Translations under genes and position numbers: made by a program
Shown: piece after piece, positions 8,782-20,960 of the stretch
Layout: each line of letters starts with the position of its first letter
Position numbering within the stretch: position 1 is the first letter of the stretch
Assembly: GCA_010093745.1 (NCBI GenBank)
Contig: MU005968.1
Coordinates: forward strand, 62,001-126,000
Length of the DNA: 64,000 nucleotides
DNA from: Piedraia hortae CBS 480.64
Taxonomy: Eukaryota
Direction of reading: 5' to 3'
Notes under the pieces: model-generated
What the model was told of the DNA's origin: nothing
What the model saw: only the letters and a program-made list of their open reading frames with translations
Database searches by the model: none

Positions 8782-11266
8782 ATGTTGCGCCGGATGATTA
8801 AGCGCCCAAGTAAGCAGGTCCGCGTGCTTGGAAGAAGGCCCTCACACTCACAGCAGGCGCAAGTTCCAGTGGCAATATCGACGCAGCTGCACAATTCATT
8901 AATCAAGCTATCCTTTTATTCTGCACCTCTCCTGCCAATCGCGAGGATGCAGATACTTTCATCGATGCACTCGAGTCCTCGCCGGATAATGCTCTCCATG
9001 CCGCCCAGCAAGTTCGTAAATGTCTTATTGAGGGTAGAGTCCTAGGAAGGGATCGCTACAAACTTGCCATGCTGGCTGGAATGATGAGCGACATTCCGAG
9101 TTTCAACTTTCACGGCTATTTCGACAAGACATTCTCCAATGCTTTGAAGGAATCCTATAGGGCCACCAAAGACGGCGGCTCGCGCAAGGTGTTTCAAATT
9201 GAGCTGAACCACATCGAGGCTACCAGGGCATGGGATCCTGATGCACAGACACTGATCAAGATGTGGCGAGAGGAGAAAGAGAGGCTGATTCTTCCCGATG
9301 GTCTCTTCCAACAACCGTATCGAGAGAGTCAGACAAAGGTGCCAGAGCCACGCTTACCCCTACCAAAGATAATAGAGATGAAAGTGCAGTATGCGATGCA
9401 AGCAGCAAATGATCTCATTGACCACATTGACCAAACACCCACCGAGACACGTCTGCACACGTCTCAAATCAAGGCGCTTTATGGTCACTGTCAAAGGGCA
9501 CACACTGACATTCTGAATGTCAAAGCTTGCGATAAACCGCCACCAGACAGTGGTACTATGCAAACCCTGAGTCGGGCGTCGACTTTGTTGTATAATGCTG
9601 AGAAGAAATACCTAAGAGCCATGTCAGCAGCAGAGAGGGCTTTTGAGGATCAACACAGTAAGCCAATCGCAAATCTGATTTTCTTGGCTAATTTTCAGCG
9701 CCGCTGCCAAGTACAAGTCCCCGCCCAACTGGTTTGAGCCACAATCCGCGGGCTCGAGACTCGACTTGGACTTCTTCCTCAGACACAGCCACAATGTCTC
9801 ACCTGACCTTTGTGAATGCTTCGCAGGGAAGGTCACACCTACGCTCTCTGTTGTCAAGTCGGTCGCCCCCTCCTCCTTACGCAATGCCCACCACCGTGCC
9901 TCTTGTACCGCTGAAGTTTCCAATAGAGGATGACGACAACGCATCTCGGCCCAGCATTGACCAAGACACGGCCAACATCTCCGCACTAATCAAACACTTT
10001 TGTGAGTATTGTCGGAGCGGTCAGGAACAGAGATACCTTCCCGCCATAGTAGAGATTGCGGAATCCGCTCCCACGGCAGCCAGCGATGCCTTCTGCGTGA
10101 TCAAGCAGTATCTTTCGAACGATGAGCACCCAGCACATGTTCTTCACCGCGCGGTCTCCCTCATGGGCGTTCTGAGCAGTCATCCTGGTGAAGCGTTTAC
10201 AAGGTTCTTTGACGAAGTCTTGGTACGCGCCGTGATCAATCTGTACAGAACGCGCCAAGACTATGATCTCAGCATATGCATAACAGATAGACTGAACGAG
10301 ATCGAGGCCCGTGGAGGGAACAATGCAGGGGCGAAAGCCATGATTGATGCATGGAAGCAGGAAAAAGCGAGATCCAGAGTCGAACAAGAGAGGATGAGGC
10401 TGCAAAACCGACGAGAGATAAACTGTCATTGGACTCAACATGAGAAGGTGGAATCATATGCCCGACAGGCGAGTCTGTCCTCCCAGCAAAACGGATCGAC
10501 CACGAACCAAGTTGCTGGGAATGGGCCAACAAGTTCGTTGGAGGGGAAAACTAAGGAGCCTACTATGACATCAAATGAGACCATCAGACCAGGGGGGAGC
10601 CCTGCTGGCATCACTAGCACTAAAAAGCCTAATTTCCACGCCAGAGTCCCTAGTAGCGAAACCACCAGCTCCAACGCCAAAAACTCCAGTTTCAGCACAG
10701 GAAGACTTCTCCCCAGGGACACCAACACATACCCCATTTCATTCATCTTCCCCCCCAAACACGAACGCACAGACTCCCAAGCAGGAACATCTCTAACACA
10801 CTACACCCCGCACGAAACCAGCCCGTTGCGATCTCTCTCCAAGGAAGAACTAGCCGCCTGGATGCGAAACAGCAGCGCAATAGCAAGCACGCTCAAATGG
10901 CAAGCGGCCAACTTACTCTCTGAAGCCATAACCTCTCCCTTTGTCAAATCCGTCGCTGAACAATGCTGGGCCGCACACAAAGAAGCTCACGACTACCTCA
11001 GCAACCAGGACCCATCGCTCGATATCAATACCTCTCGAGCGCTTGATGATCTCGACGACGAACTAAGCCTTGCCGTAAATGCATATCGAAAAGCCATACA
11101 AAGAGCAAGGGAAGCCAAAGAAGCCAAAGAGGCGTTTAATCTGACAGCAAACTCCTGGCCGAGCACGAACACACCTCTGGCTTTATCCCCTGGTGATAGC
11201 GCAGGGTTTGAGAGGACTCAAAGAGCTAGTCCGCGTGATGAGAAGTGGAAAAGGTATTCGACATAG
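8782..11266 (+). CDS. Tandem double VHS-like/GAT-domain protein (TOM1/Lsb5-related), about 799 aa; exons 8782-8809, 8854-9657, 9699-11266
   Basis: Introns 8810-8853 (GTAAG..CTCAC..CAG) and 9658-9698 (GTAAG..GCTAA..TTTCAG) keep frame and join ORFs 9069-9737 and 9734-11266. Each half has an FC...ES(S/A)P..A..A...(V/I) segment, an F...FD..F-like segment, a W+.EK segment and a GAT-like helical C-terminal part. Confidence 0.7.
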
Positions 11267-11700
11267 CCTGTGGAATTAAGATATTTGGCGGGAGTAGAGG
11301 ATGGAGCATTAATACAATGTCCACTGGACACGAGACGAATAAGTTTCTATTTAAGAAAGATGGAGTTTGTAACGATACCAATGATTTGTATACTCTCGCG
11401 GTGTACCATACCCTTTATCATGCGTCGATGAGTGCTAATATCTGACCCTGCCTAGGTATAGCAGTATGATCAGCGATACAGTCATCCTTATTCAAATCTA
11501 CTAGCGAAAAAAAGAAAATTTCTCGTTAGAACGGTGTCTACAAACATCAGTCTTGGCAGATGTTCACGCCCGTCGGGAACGTCAATTAACTACACGGGTC
11601 ACAACCACGCCCACGCCCACTTAAAAAACCTCTACACCTCATGACAGCGTACTGTATCATACCGCCATAACACATCGTGCCCTACCGCTACGATGACTAC

Positions 11701-13125
11701 CTACCACCAATCCTCCACAAAACCGGGCGGATACGCTGTGCCGCCGCATCTATTCTTCAACCTCTCCATGACGAGCGTAGACCTCAAACTCCCATCATCA
11801 ATCGCCAGACGCGTCAATTTCGGAGCATGGCAGGCTAGGATATGGTCCACATGGGTGGCCTCGTCTCTGACCTTTCTATTATTACAACATCAGCATCATA
11901 CTGCAGGTATGGTTAATGGTTTAGGTAAAACTCACGCGTCAAACGCATCCGGACTGACCAGCTCGCGGGCGAGATGCATCTTCTCCAGCTGAGGGAAGTA
12001 TGGCGCGGGGGCGCTCCTGTAGAGGGAGAGGAGGTCAAAAGGCTGATTTGTACGGAGGGCGCGGAGGGATTGACTGTGGCGGCCTAGTTCGATGAAGATG
12101 TCCGCTGAGGGGGCATTGGGAGTTGGGACCAGCCAGTGGAATTCTTTGAGCTGCTGGAGGGAGTAGAAAAGGGCGGTAAGGTCCTGGGGACGGAGGGATA
12201 CGCTGTTCGCCGCGCGGAGACCCAGGTAGCGGAGAGATTTGAGGTTGTGGAGTTTTCTGAGATCCATGCGGGAGATGGGGCCGGGATGGCGGCCGTGGAC
12301 GATGGCTAAAGACTGGAGTTTGGGCATAGCCTCGGCGGCGTCAAAGACTTTATAGTCCGGGTAGTGGATGTGGAGGGTAAGCGAGCGGACATGCTGCGCA
12401 AAATGAGGGACGCGAGCGACTACCGGCCCTTCGAGGTTGATGTTTAGGTTCTTGAGACCGAGGAAGGAGGTAGTGCGCGCCAGGGCTTGCGCGACGAGCT
12501 GGTCTGCGCCCGTTTCTGTCAGGTTCTTCTTGAGGCTGAGGGTGTGGATCTTGTGGTTGTCCGCGATGGCGGCGATGATGGGCGCGACTAGGAGGTTCCC
12601 GCCAGGCATCCCATTGATACTGAAGGCCTCGAGCTGCGGCAGCTTGGCAACTAAGTCACGGATCATGTGGGCACGCCAATGGGCGGACAAGCGGCTCAAA
12701 TGCAATTCTTTGAGATCAGGGCACTTGACGGGGATCGTGTGCAGGATCTTGCCAAGTTCCATGAGTCCGTTGAAGCGAATGACCTCAAGTGTAGGCTTGA
12801 AGAACTGCTTGAACGGAATGAGGGTGCCGTTTTGGCGCAGTTTCAACGTGAACGTGATGGTCCTGAGCTTCGGGAACTGCAGACGAGATGTAGCGACGTA
12901 TAAGTGACGCGGCAGGTCTTCCTCAACGTCAAGAGGCTTGACCAACGGTGCATAATACTTCTTGCGAGCGGGAGAAAGACGTGCAAAGGCAGTGTACTGC
13001 GGGTGAGACCAGAGCACCTCCGATGCGACGTCAGCCCACTTCTTGTTGACCCTGGAGCATTTGGCGAGCGTGTTGCGGTCGTTCTCGGGGTGCAAATTGC
13101 CAACAATGTCAAGGACAAGTTCCAT
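11701..13125 (-). CDS. F-box / leucine-rich-repeat-like protein; exons 13125-11936 and 11875-11701
   Basis: F-box-like (LNVP)MELVLDIV..L...TLAKCSRVNKKW...A.EVLW followed by LxxLxL repeats. A 60-nt intron 11935-11876 (GTGAGT..GCTGAT..TAG) extends the ORF to ...GFVEDWW*. Confidence 0.72.
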
Positions 13126-13879
13126 CGGAACGTTCAGCTTCTTGTCTTCGCCATTCGACTCACCAGCACGGGAGCCCTTGCCCTTGCCCCTGTGATTGCG
13201 ACGCTTCCCGCTACGAGCCGTGGTGTGTTGTTCAGGAAAGGAAGCGTTTGCAGTGCGAGAGCTGTTGATTTCAGCTTATGACATAAGCGTTGAACGTATC
13301 GCAGTGCCCCACCAAGAGCTCACCTCGCCATTCGCGTACCTGACTGGCGCAGTATCATCCGAAGTTTCGCCTCCTTATTCACTTCACCCCGATGGACCTA
13401 TCCTCAATGACGCGCTTGTCTCGCCTAATCTCATTCTCTCACCCCTCTCAGGGTTGGAGTGACGTTCGGTAGCCGCCGGTCGGGCCGGGCCTAGTGAGGG
13501 GTATGGTCGTGCACGTGGCAGCCACATCTCTGAAACACCCCACCTTGAATTCTGAAACGCCTTTGCTACATCTGGCGTCAAATAACCAGGTCGAATTAAA
13601 TCAAATGAAGTCCCTTACTTCGCCCACAAAGTTTTACCATGCATAATGCCACACTAAAATCGAAGCCCTTAGCCTCTCAACATTACCAAATACCATGTCT
13701 CTGTAGGAGCTCAAAGTCTCACACTGCATAAGCTTTGGTAAGCTCGATTCTTAAGACGATGTCACCTGATAAAACACTCAAATACGAAGAGTCAAACGAA
13801 TTGCTCTCTTAACCTAATACCCATCCTACTGTGAATCTACCTACTTCCCAACACGTTTATGCATAACCCTCTCACTATA

Positions 13880-14437
13880 TTAACTATGCCTCTTGGCAAT
13901 AAAAGTCTCCCATTCGACTTTCGACTTGTCCATCGGAACCGGGATCTGCGATCGACCGCCATGCGTACGCCGATTGACAACAGCGTTTGAACGCGGAGAG
14001 TACGGTGCATCGGCTCGCGAGGCGGTAGGCGTGACACATTGTATGGTTCCGTGAGAGGGGAGTTGTACGATGACCTCCAGGGCGACAGAGGGAGCGTGCG
14101 AAACACAAGCACACGGCGCGGAGGAATGCGAAGCGCGCGATACAACTCGCGAGTCAGAATGAGCGTTCGAACCTCCAGCATGCAAACGCGGAGCCGCCTG
14201 CGAAGCAACCGACGGCGCAACCGACCCCGATTTAGCAGGGACATGCCCGCGGTCAGAATGCTTTTGGTTCTTGGCACGCTTCCTATATATGTCCATTGAG
14301 TCCTTGGTTTTGTTGCCCACTGGGGAGAATGAACCATTGGAGATCTCCTTCCGATCGTAGACCGTGCCTGCGTAGGATGCTTTGGATGAGGTATGACCCT
14401 TGTGGTGGTTTGACGAGTTGTGGTGAGATGAAGGCAT
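13880..14437 (-). CDS. Hypothetical Ser/His-rich protein (185 aa)
   Basis: ATG in good context (CCAACATG) after a CT-rich leader. No family recognised. Confidence 0.45.
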   Translation of the reverse strand: MPSSHHNSSNHHKGHTSSKASYAGTVYDRKEISNGSFSPVGNKTKDSMDIYRKRAKNQKHSDRGHVPAKSGSVAPSVASQAAPRLHAGGSNAHSDSRVVSRASHSSAPCACVSHAPSVALEVIVQLPSHGTIQCVTPTASRADAPYSPRSNAVVNRRTHGGRSQIPVPMDKSKVEWETFIAKRHS

Positions 14438-14447
14438 GTTGGTTTTG

Positions 14448-14585
14448 AAAACAGATGGTATGTGCTAATGAGAACGATGGATGGAGGGTAGAGACGTATG
14501 TACAAGTGTATCTACGAGGGGACATCAGAGAATATATTCTGGGCTGGAAGGCCCGTGCGTAGCCTCGTATGAAGAGTCATCAATT
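14448..14585 (-). repeat. Inverted dispersed repeat, copy A (partner at 18023-18170)
   Basis: Its reverse complement (aattgatgactcttcatacgaggctacgcac.ggccttccagcccagaata.attctctgatg...ccatccatcgttctca) matches 18023-18170. Confidence 0.85.
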
Positions 14586-15796
14586 GTATGACCATAAGCA
14601 AGTGGTCATACATGCAGTAAGACTGTCAGCATGCAGTCTTACTCCATGACTCACCTCATAACAGTAGCAGGGCGCATTCACCATGTCGCATGCGACATGA
14701 CCCTGAGGGAAACCTCTGTGAGGACAAAACCTAGGGTGCAGCTGCTGGTGTAAGAGGTGTCGCGCAGTGGCATCGTACACTGATAGCAACGAGACTTCAT
14801 GCCAACAGAGACGAGTCCTGCGTGGATATGGTCGCAAACTGTAAAGACCCCTTGCGATGAATGAATTTGTCGTCCCCGTTGAGCTTGGTCCAGAACTTCA
14901 GGAGGATGATTGTGCCACTCAGAAGCCTCTGGACCTTATTATCGGTGCTCACGGCCCAATTATCGATGATGGCCTCGTTCCAGGCTTTAGCCAATACAAG
15001 TACTCGCTATGATGGCTTCATGGACACACAGTGAGACAGTGCCTCGCCATTCTTAGATTCATGCCCAACCAGGGTCATCGTAACCCCCCTTACTGACGTA
15101 AAAAATGGTTACCGGAAGCTGAACGTGGGGACTGGTCAGTGATATAATGCAGTATTGGCATTCCAATTCTGTAGTGCTATACACACGTAGACATTGAATA
15201 TCGTAGACCCAGTTTTGGTTGCATGGGGCGTGAAATTGTGTTGTTTTGCCGCTTAATTTTGTGAAGCGCTAAGAAAGGATGCTAATCTTGTCCACCATGT
15301 GATGGGTTTGTTGAGGAGGGTGGCCGCGCTAGGTCCGTGCCGTGCCGTGTGGGATAAAGTTTGAAAGATTTTCGGCGTGAGGATTCACGGAATTGGTAAG
15401 ATATTCTTAAAAGAACAGACACATGGTTGTGTCGAGGACGGGAAATGCATCACGGTACGATGGCGTCGACCATTTGACGGCCATGGTGATTGTGCAGCAG
15501 TTACCTTTTCGGAGAATGGCATTGTAAATGCCTCATGTTCCGAGTTCATTCTTGTAAACTCAGAAATGGAATAAAGATTTCATGTCGTCTATTCATTCAA
15601 TTCCCTTGTGTGGATACAAGATATCCCTGGGAACAATGCGTTTTGTTTTGCAATTAACAAAGAATAAACAATCCCATTCTCCCAACCCCTATCGAACAAT
15701 CCATGGAACTCGTAACAACACACTGACCTTCTCCGTCGCCTTATAAATCCTGTCTTGTCCTCGTCCATCTCCCAAAAATCAAAAGAACCCAACAAC

Positions 15797-16057
15797 ATGA
15801 ACAATAACATACCTGCTCTTACCTCTAACAAGTTTCCCAAGGGATCTGACTGCCCATCCAAGAAACTCAACCCCAAAGCCGCGGTTTTCGAGTTTCAGAA
15901 GCAACCATCTCCACATCGGGAGGTGGCCATTCGGTACGCCCCAATCTGCCTCTTCCCCCACCCTCTTCGGGGGAGATCTCTTTCCCCGGTGGGGAGAGAC
16001 GTGTTTGAGGACTACTCAACTTGTGATCATTCGCAAGCTGACACGCAAGCTTGTTGA
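15797..16057 (+). CDS. Small ORF (86 aa) with PAM2-like motif KKLNPKAAVF
   Basis: TATAAA at about 15742 followed by a CT-rich leader and CAACATG. A paralogous pseudogene at 36285 keeps the motif. Confidence 0.45.
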   Translation: MNNNIPALTSNKFPKGSDCPSKKLNPKAAVFEFQKQPSPHREVAIRYAPICLFPHPLRGRSLSPVGRDVFEDYSTCDHSQADTQAC

Positions 16058-18022
16058 TTAGATTAGTTTTGTATTAAGTTAATGGGAATTTTTTTTTTCA
16101 GTTTTTCGTGTGAGCTTTCCTTGTTCTGGGCGTGACAAGGTCGTAGATGGTTTTTAATGGATATGAGACGGGTTGGCCCAAGCGATGTTTAGGTCTTGGC
16201 TCAGGAAGAGTGATGACTCAGTGTCGATATTGCTGTGATATATTCGGGTTGCAGACTGACGCAGCAAGGTGCAATCTTAAGGTCATGTTTGAGGAAGGAG
16301 GCTGGACAGATGTCTTCGGGTTTGGATCGGCTCTTGCAGATCCTGTTGTGACTTTCCTTTGGATCGTCTTGAGGACGTGTTGACACCTTCTAACCGGTAC
16401 TGGACCGACCAAAATTGGATGTCATTCGACAATGTTCAACGATCATTATATCTCTTCAGCACATGGCTATAAGAAATGGCGCGAAAAGCTGTAAGATTTA
16501 CCGTGTAGTGGTCATGTTGTAGATTTGGCAAAACGGTTGCACTCACCGTCACGATGTCACAAGTATGGAGAATCTTCTCGTGATTGATCCAGGGTGTGAA
16601 GGCATATGCGCAACCTTTATTTTCTGAGCGATCAAAAGCAATTGTTCGCCTCTCCCAGTTTCTTTTGACTCGTCAATTTCATTGGACGCAAGTAGAGCGT
16701 TCATTTGTTAACAAATTTGGCTGTCAGCCGAGCTTCCCTTCGACATATCTCATATCTTAACGTGTGGCTGTTCAAGTGTCGCTTGAGAGGATAAGTCTCA
16801 GAGATTATCAGTTGAAAACTGGCATACTGTAGAAGCCTTGCCCACTGCGTACACACTTTTGAACCCCACTTCAAACTTGAATAACATTACGCACAACCAT
16901 GGTACATAGTTATAGGTTGGCTTTTCCGAAAGCGCATGTTCTAAGGATTTGTATGGCTCAGGTTTTGTATTTTCATGTTCCCTTCCGCGACCGGTATACT
17001 GCGCTTCATGTCAAATGGCACCATGGCAGAGATGACGCCAGTACAGCACCAGCTAAAATCTTTTACATACTTTATGCCCATTAACGTACTATTTGAGGTC
17101 TTGCGTTTCTAGTGCGCTTTGTTTCAGGCAGGCACGAGGTCGGGTCGCTGTGTTCTGTCCGTTCAGAGTTGGCGGGTTAAATTTGCGAAGTCGCTTATTC
17201 AGCTTTGAATCGACCTAACACAACGCATAATTGTCGCAAAATAGTCGTAGGCGGCCTCATACGGTAGCTTGCATTATGTAGACTCGAATAGTATGCAATT
17301 CGCATGGTTAATGTCCTGTTTTGCTTGTTATATAGTCAGGTTTGTTTCGCCCCTTAATGACCCTAGACACCCGCAAGATTTCGAGCCATAGCCCTTTGAA
17401 TACTAACATGAAAAAAGGAGTGGAATATAGATTTAAAGGTATGGACTTTCGCCTCAAATCAAACATCAAGTGTTTGAGTCGTTCAGATGTCGCGCTACAT
17501 CGCTCGAAAGTCGACGAGTTTGAGAGGTTTCGAGGCGGCTTTCGCCTGGGGGAGTGCGGGACGGACTTCTTTCCCCTCCCCCCCTCCCAACGCCCAATGA
17601 CACACGCCAACTCGACGTTCAACGGCTTGTGCGCTACACGGATAGGAATACATCTATACTGCCTACTTAATGATACGAATCTAACTGTTCTTACCGATCG
17701 CCTGTCTCGTGGACCTGGTGTCGGAGGGGTGAACCTCCGAAGACTTAAGGGAAGCGGATATCGACGACAAATGTTTTCACTCAACTTTGACTGGAAAGGT
17801 GAATGTAGGTGTCTATATGCATGTGAGGTGAGGTTCGAAACCTTCCCCCCGCTACCTTAGTCTAACCGCATTCGCCGGGACAATGTTAGCGAACCATGCC
17901 CTTAAGCATGAACGTGACAATGACCCGTCTCAAGGAAAATTTTCTCTACAGACGTAAAAACCCTGGGAAGTTTCGACTTCTATCTAAAGTTCTGGTCATG
18001 GTGGGTGCCACATCCTTCTGAA

Positions 18023-18170
18023 AATTGATGACTCTTCATACGAGGCTACGCACTGGCCTTCCAGCCCAGAATAAATTCTCTGATGTTCCCTCGAAGATAT
18101 ACTTGTATTCACTCATAAAACACATCTCTACTTTCCATCCATCGTTCTCACTCATACATACTATCTGTCT
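18023..18170 (+). repeat. Inverted dispersed repeat, copy B
   Basis: Matches the reverse complement of 14448-14585 with scattered substitutions and a short indel. Confidence 0.85.
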
Positions 18171-18173
18171 TCT

Positions 18174-18944
18174 TCAGTCTCTTCCGCGCAGGATACGAGG
18201 GTATCCAAGAAATGCAGCCTGAAGACTCGCTCTGGGCGCTACGTAGGATGAAATAACCACCCTCAGTCGTCTGTCATCATCGCCGGTGAGAACTTCCATG
18301 AAGAGATAACCCAGAACGAGGCCGTGTCCGTCATACTCCCCAAGAACAGCATAGAGAGGGATACCCTGTTTATCCCGAATGTAGAGTGAATCACCATTTC
18401 TTTCATACCGTTCATGGCCTCTAGCAAGATCTGGGTCGCGAAGAAGGCCAGCCCACGAACATTTTGATTCGTAAGATGCCATGTCAGGGTGCAGGTCCAA
18501 TAGCATTCTCGCCGAAGTGAAGAGATCTTTGTGGAGGTTCGAGATGTGCGCATTTGCCAGCCACCATTTGTAGTAGACCTCGTTCTGCGATGCATCTTCC
18601 CACCCATTCACTTTACTCTGTCAGAGCTGCTTTCGGGTATGCTTGGGCTTCATGTACGAGACTCGCTGTGCAATGAACTCCTTGCTCTCATCCGCCATGC
18701 AAACTTCGAAGGGATCAGGATGATTCATATGTTTGAACAGCACCTTGAGAACCTGCCTATCGTTCGAAAGATTCATACGCAACATGCTCCTACATTTGCG
18801 AAGATATTTAAGGAAGGTGTCTTTTATATGTCTACTTTTTGAACCATATGGATGATCGCCATCCTGCGCACAATAAGAAGAAACACGTGTTCTGATCTGG
18901 ATGCACAGAGTGGTGATAAAAAAACCGCCTATCCGCGCTAACAA
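18174..18944 (-). mobile_element. Degenerate MULE/Mutator-like transposase relic
   Basis: Frameshifted KEMVIHSTFGIN / PLYAVLGEYDGHGLVLGYLF resembles the fungal MULE motif 'E+.+DAT+.TN....L+AV+.E.DG.G.PL.Y' with the catalytic D lost. Upstream KCRS.L...V.FKH.NH segment. Confidence 0.6.
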
Positions 18945-18999
18945 TCAAATTCCCCAGTTCTTAGCCCATCACGGTTGGGAGCTTTCAAGGCACTTGGTG

Positions 19000-20110
19000 G
19001 AAGGAAAACCGGAGGACTATCAGTGCTGAAAGTTTCCTTGGCTTCAAATGGATAATCAGATTGCTTATGGTGTTAGCAAAACAGGCACCAACGGCATTGG
19101 TTGTCAGAACTTACCTCCTTGCTCCAATTTTGACAGCTTTTCTCGAGATCACCCCACTGAGAAAGCGCGGGACTACGTTTCTTGAGGTTCTTATTGTGCA
19201 TCCTATAGCACTGCTTTCTACGCTCGTTCCCACTGTGACCAAGGTGGACTTTGGGCGAGAAGAGTTGCACCTGGAGCATCAAAGCCTTTCCTCGGGTACG
19301 AATGCTGTCTGTTCAGTAAAAATGGTTTCAGACCATAATCTCCATCCCAATTTCGTTCTTGCTAATCGAAGTCTTCCTACCATCGGCTTCTCTTCCACAA
19401 TTATCTTTTCTTCCTCGCATCTTACTTCGCTTCTTCAGCTGCAGCCTTTCTCTCTCGTGTTCAAATTTTTCCCTTTCCAAAGCCACTTCATCTCTTCCAC
19501 GCACGTTTATCCTGTTTCCCCATCTCCACCTGGAGTTTCTCCTCCTCGAGTTCCAATTTCAAAATCAACTCATCTCCCCACTTTTTCTTCTTAAACTCTA
19601 GTTCGCGAAGCGTGCGTACGCCCGCTCGAAATCGACAAGCTCTTGATCAGTTGCCTGCAAGCCAGCGCGTCAGCGAGCCTCTTCGTGTGTATTCTCCCCA
19701 GCTGCTTGAGTATCATGCGCTAATGACCCCGCAATTTGTGATGGTGTTTCCAAGATACCTGCAGTGTCAGCGTCCAGTCACTGTCTGCGGTCTTACCTGC
19801 GTTGTCTTCATTTTCCACGCGCTGGGAGCGTAATCAACACCCTCCATATTGCCGCGCTGGCCGTCGTAACCCACTTGGTCATCCAACCGAGTGTATGTCT
19901 GGCTTCGCGAACAAGCGAGAGCTCGCATCAGGTAGCAATCAGTGGAGACATGATTGAGCTTATCACGAATAAGAGGGACCGAAAGGGTTCCCCCAGTGGA
20001 GTTTATCTCTGCGTGCGTTGAACTGTCATTTAATACCCCTCCACTTTGATGAAGTTTTGGCGACGGGTATGAGGGAGCGTTCTTCTCCTGCGACCAAAAA
20101 CTCAAACCAT
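19000..20110 (-). mobile_element. Possible PIF/Harbinger-like relic (coiled-coil accessory ORF plus transposase N-terminus)
   Basis: Broken frames give ELEFKKKKW...EREKFEHERERLQL, then QVQLF...HLGHSGN, which resembles Harbinger transposase 'QL...L.R+GH.GNG'. Intron-like GTAAG..GCTRAC..AG segments are present. Confidence 0.35.
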
Positions 20111-20814
20111 TTGGTTATGCAGGCGTCCTATGGCGTGGAGTTATCGGGCAATGCACTCCCACACTCTTCCCAAAAACACAGCAGAAGCTTGTCGGGACAA
20201 TACTGGCGCGACGAGCAGCCGTTTCAATAAGGATTTACAAACTGTAGGCGTATATTAGCCGTTAGACATTGTAAGTGACTTTCCAAGTGGATCTGGTTGC
20301 TGCAGAGGGGGAGGAGCAAATATCTCGCTGAGCTTAGCAAGCTCCTCTGTAGAGTATCAACAACCTTGGACTAAATTCCACGTAATGGCTAAAAGCGGAG
20401 TGAATCTTGCGGTGGTGTGTGATGCCAGGCGTACGGAGGGGACTGACTGGGGCGCCCGCTGGGCAGTTTTTGTGAGACAGCTGTCTTCGGACGTGAGACG
20501 ACGTTGTTTGAGACGGCATTGCTTATTTGATACAACAATTCTTGTCCGGGATAGCACCGCTTTGTCAGAATCGGCGCTTCTTGCCATAGCGTTTTATAGG
20601 CCTGGAGGCGGAAATCATCATTTTGTTCTTTCTAGCCTCTCTCTCTCTGTGTCCCTTTTCCCTTCGTTGCAGCACGGTCTGATATCTGCCCGTATTCCCA
20701 GTGTCCTAGAATCTTGCCCAATGCCACAGTATGGGATGTGGACGCTAAAATACCGGTGAGCTTACGTAAACAGCAAAGGTATCAGAGGGTAGATGGTGAG
20801 CTGTGACGCGGGTG

Positions 20815-20960
20815 GGGCCAGATGGTTGTTCGCGTCTTCCGGATGACTTTTTTTTTCTGTAATTTGCGGCATGGCTTTAGATAAAAACCGGCGCTCATTT
20901 AGATAAAGCCCTCCCACCAGAGAGGACAGCGATAGGGATAGCATCATTTGTCCAGCGCTC
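20815..20960 (+). repeat. Diverged direct repeat (partner at about 35803-35950)
   Basis: Shared blocks gggccagatggtt, ttcc.gatg, gg.ctcatttagataa and ccaccag..agga occur in the same order. Confidence 0.65.

Noticed and set aside
17308..17860. Overlapping 158- and 172-aa ORFs and partial palindromes
   Set aside because: No ATG context or recognisable motif. The inverted matches are too short or in inconsistent order to call.
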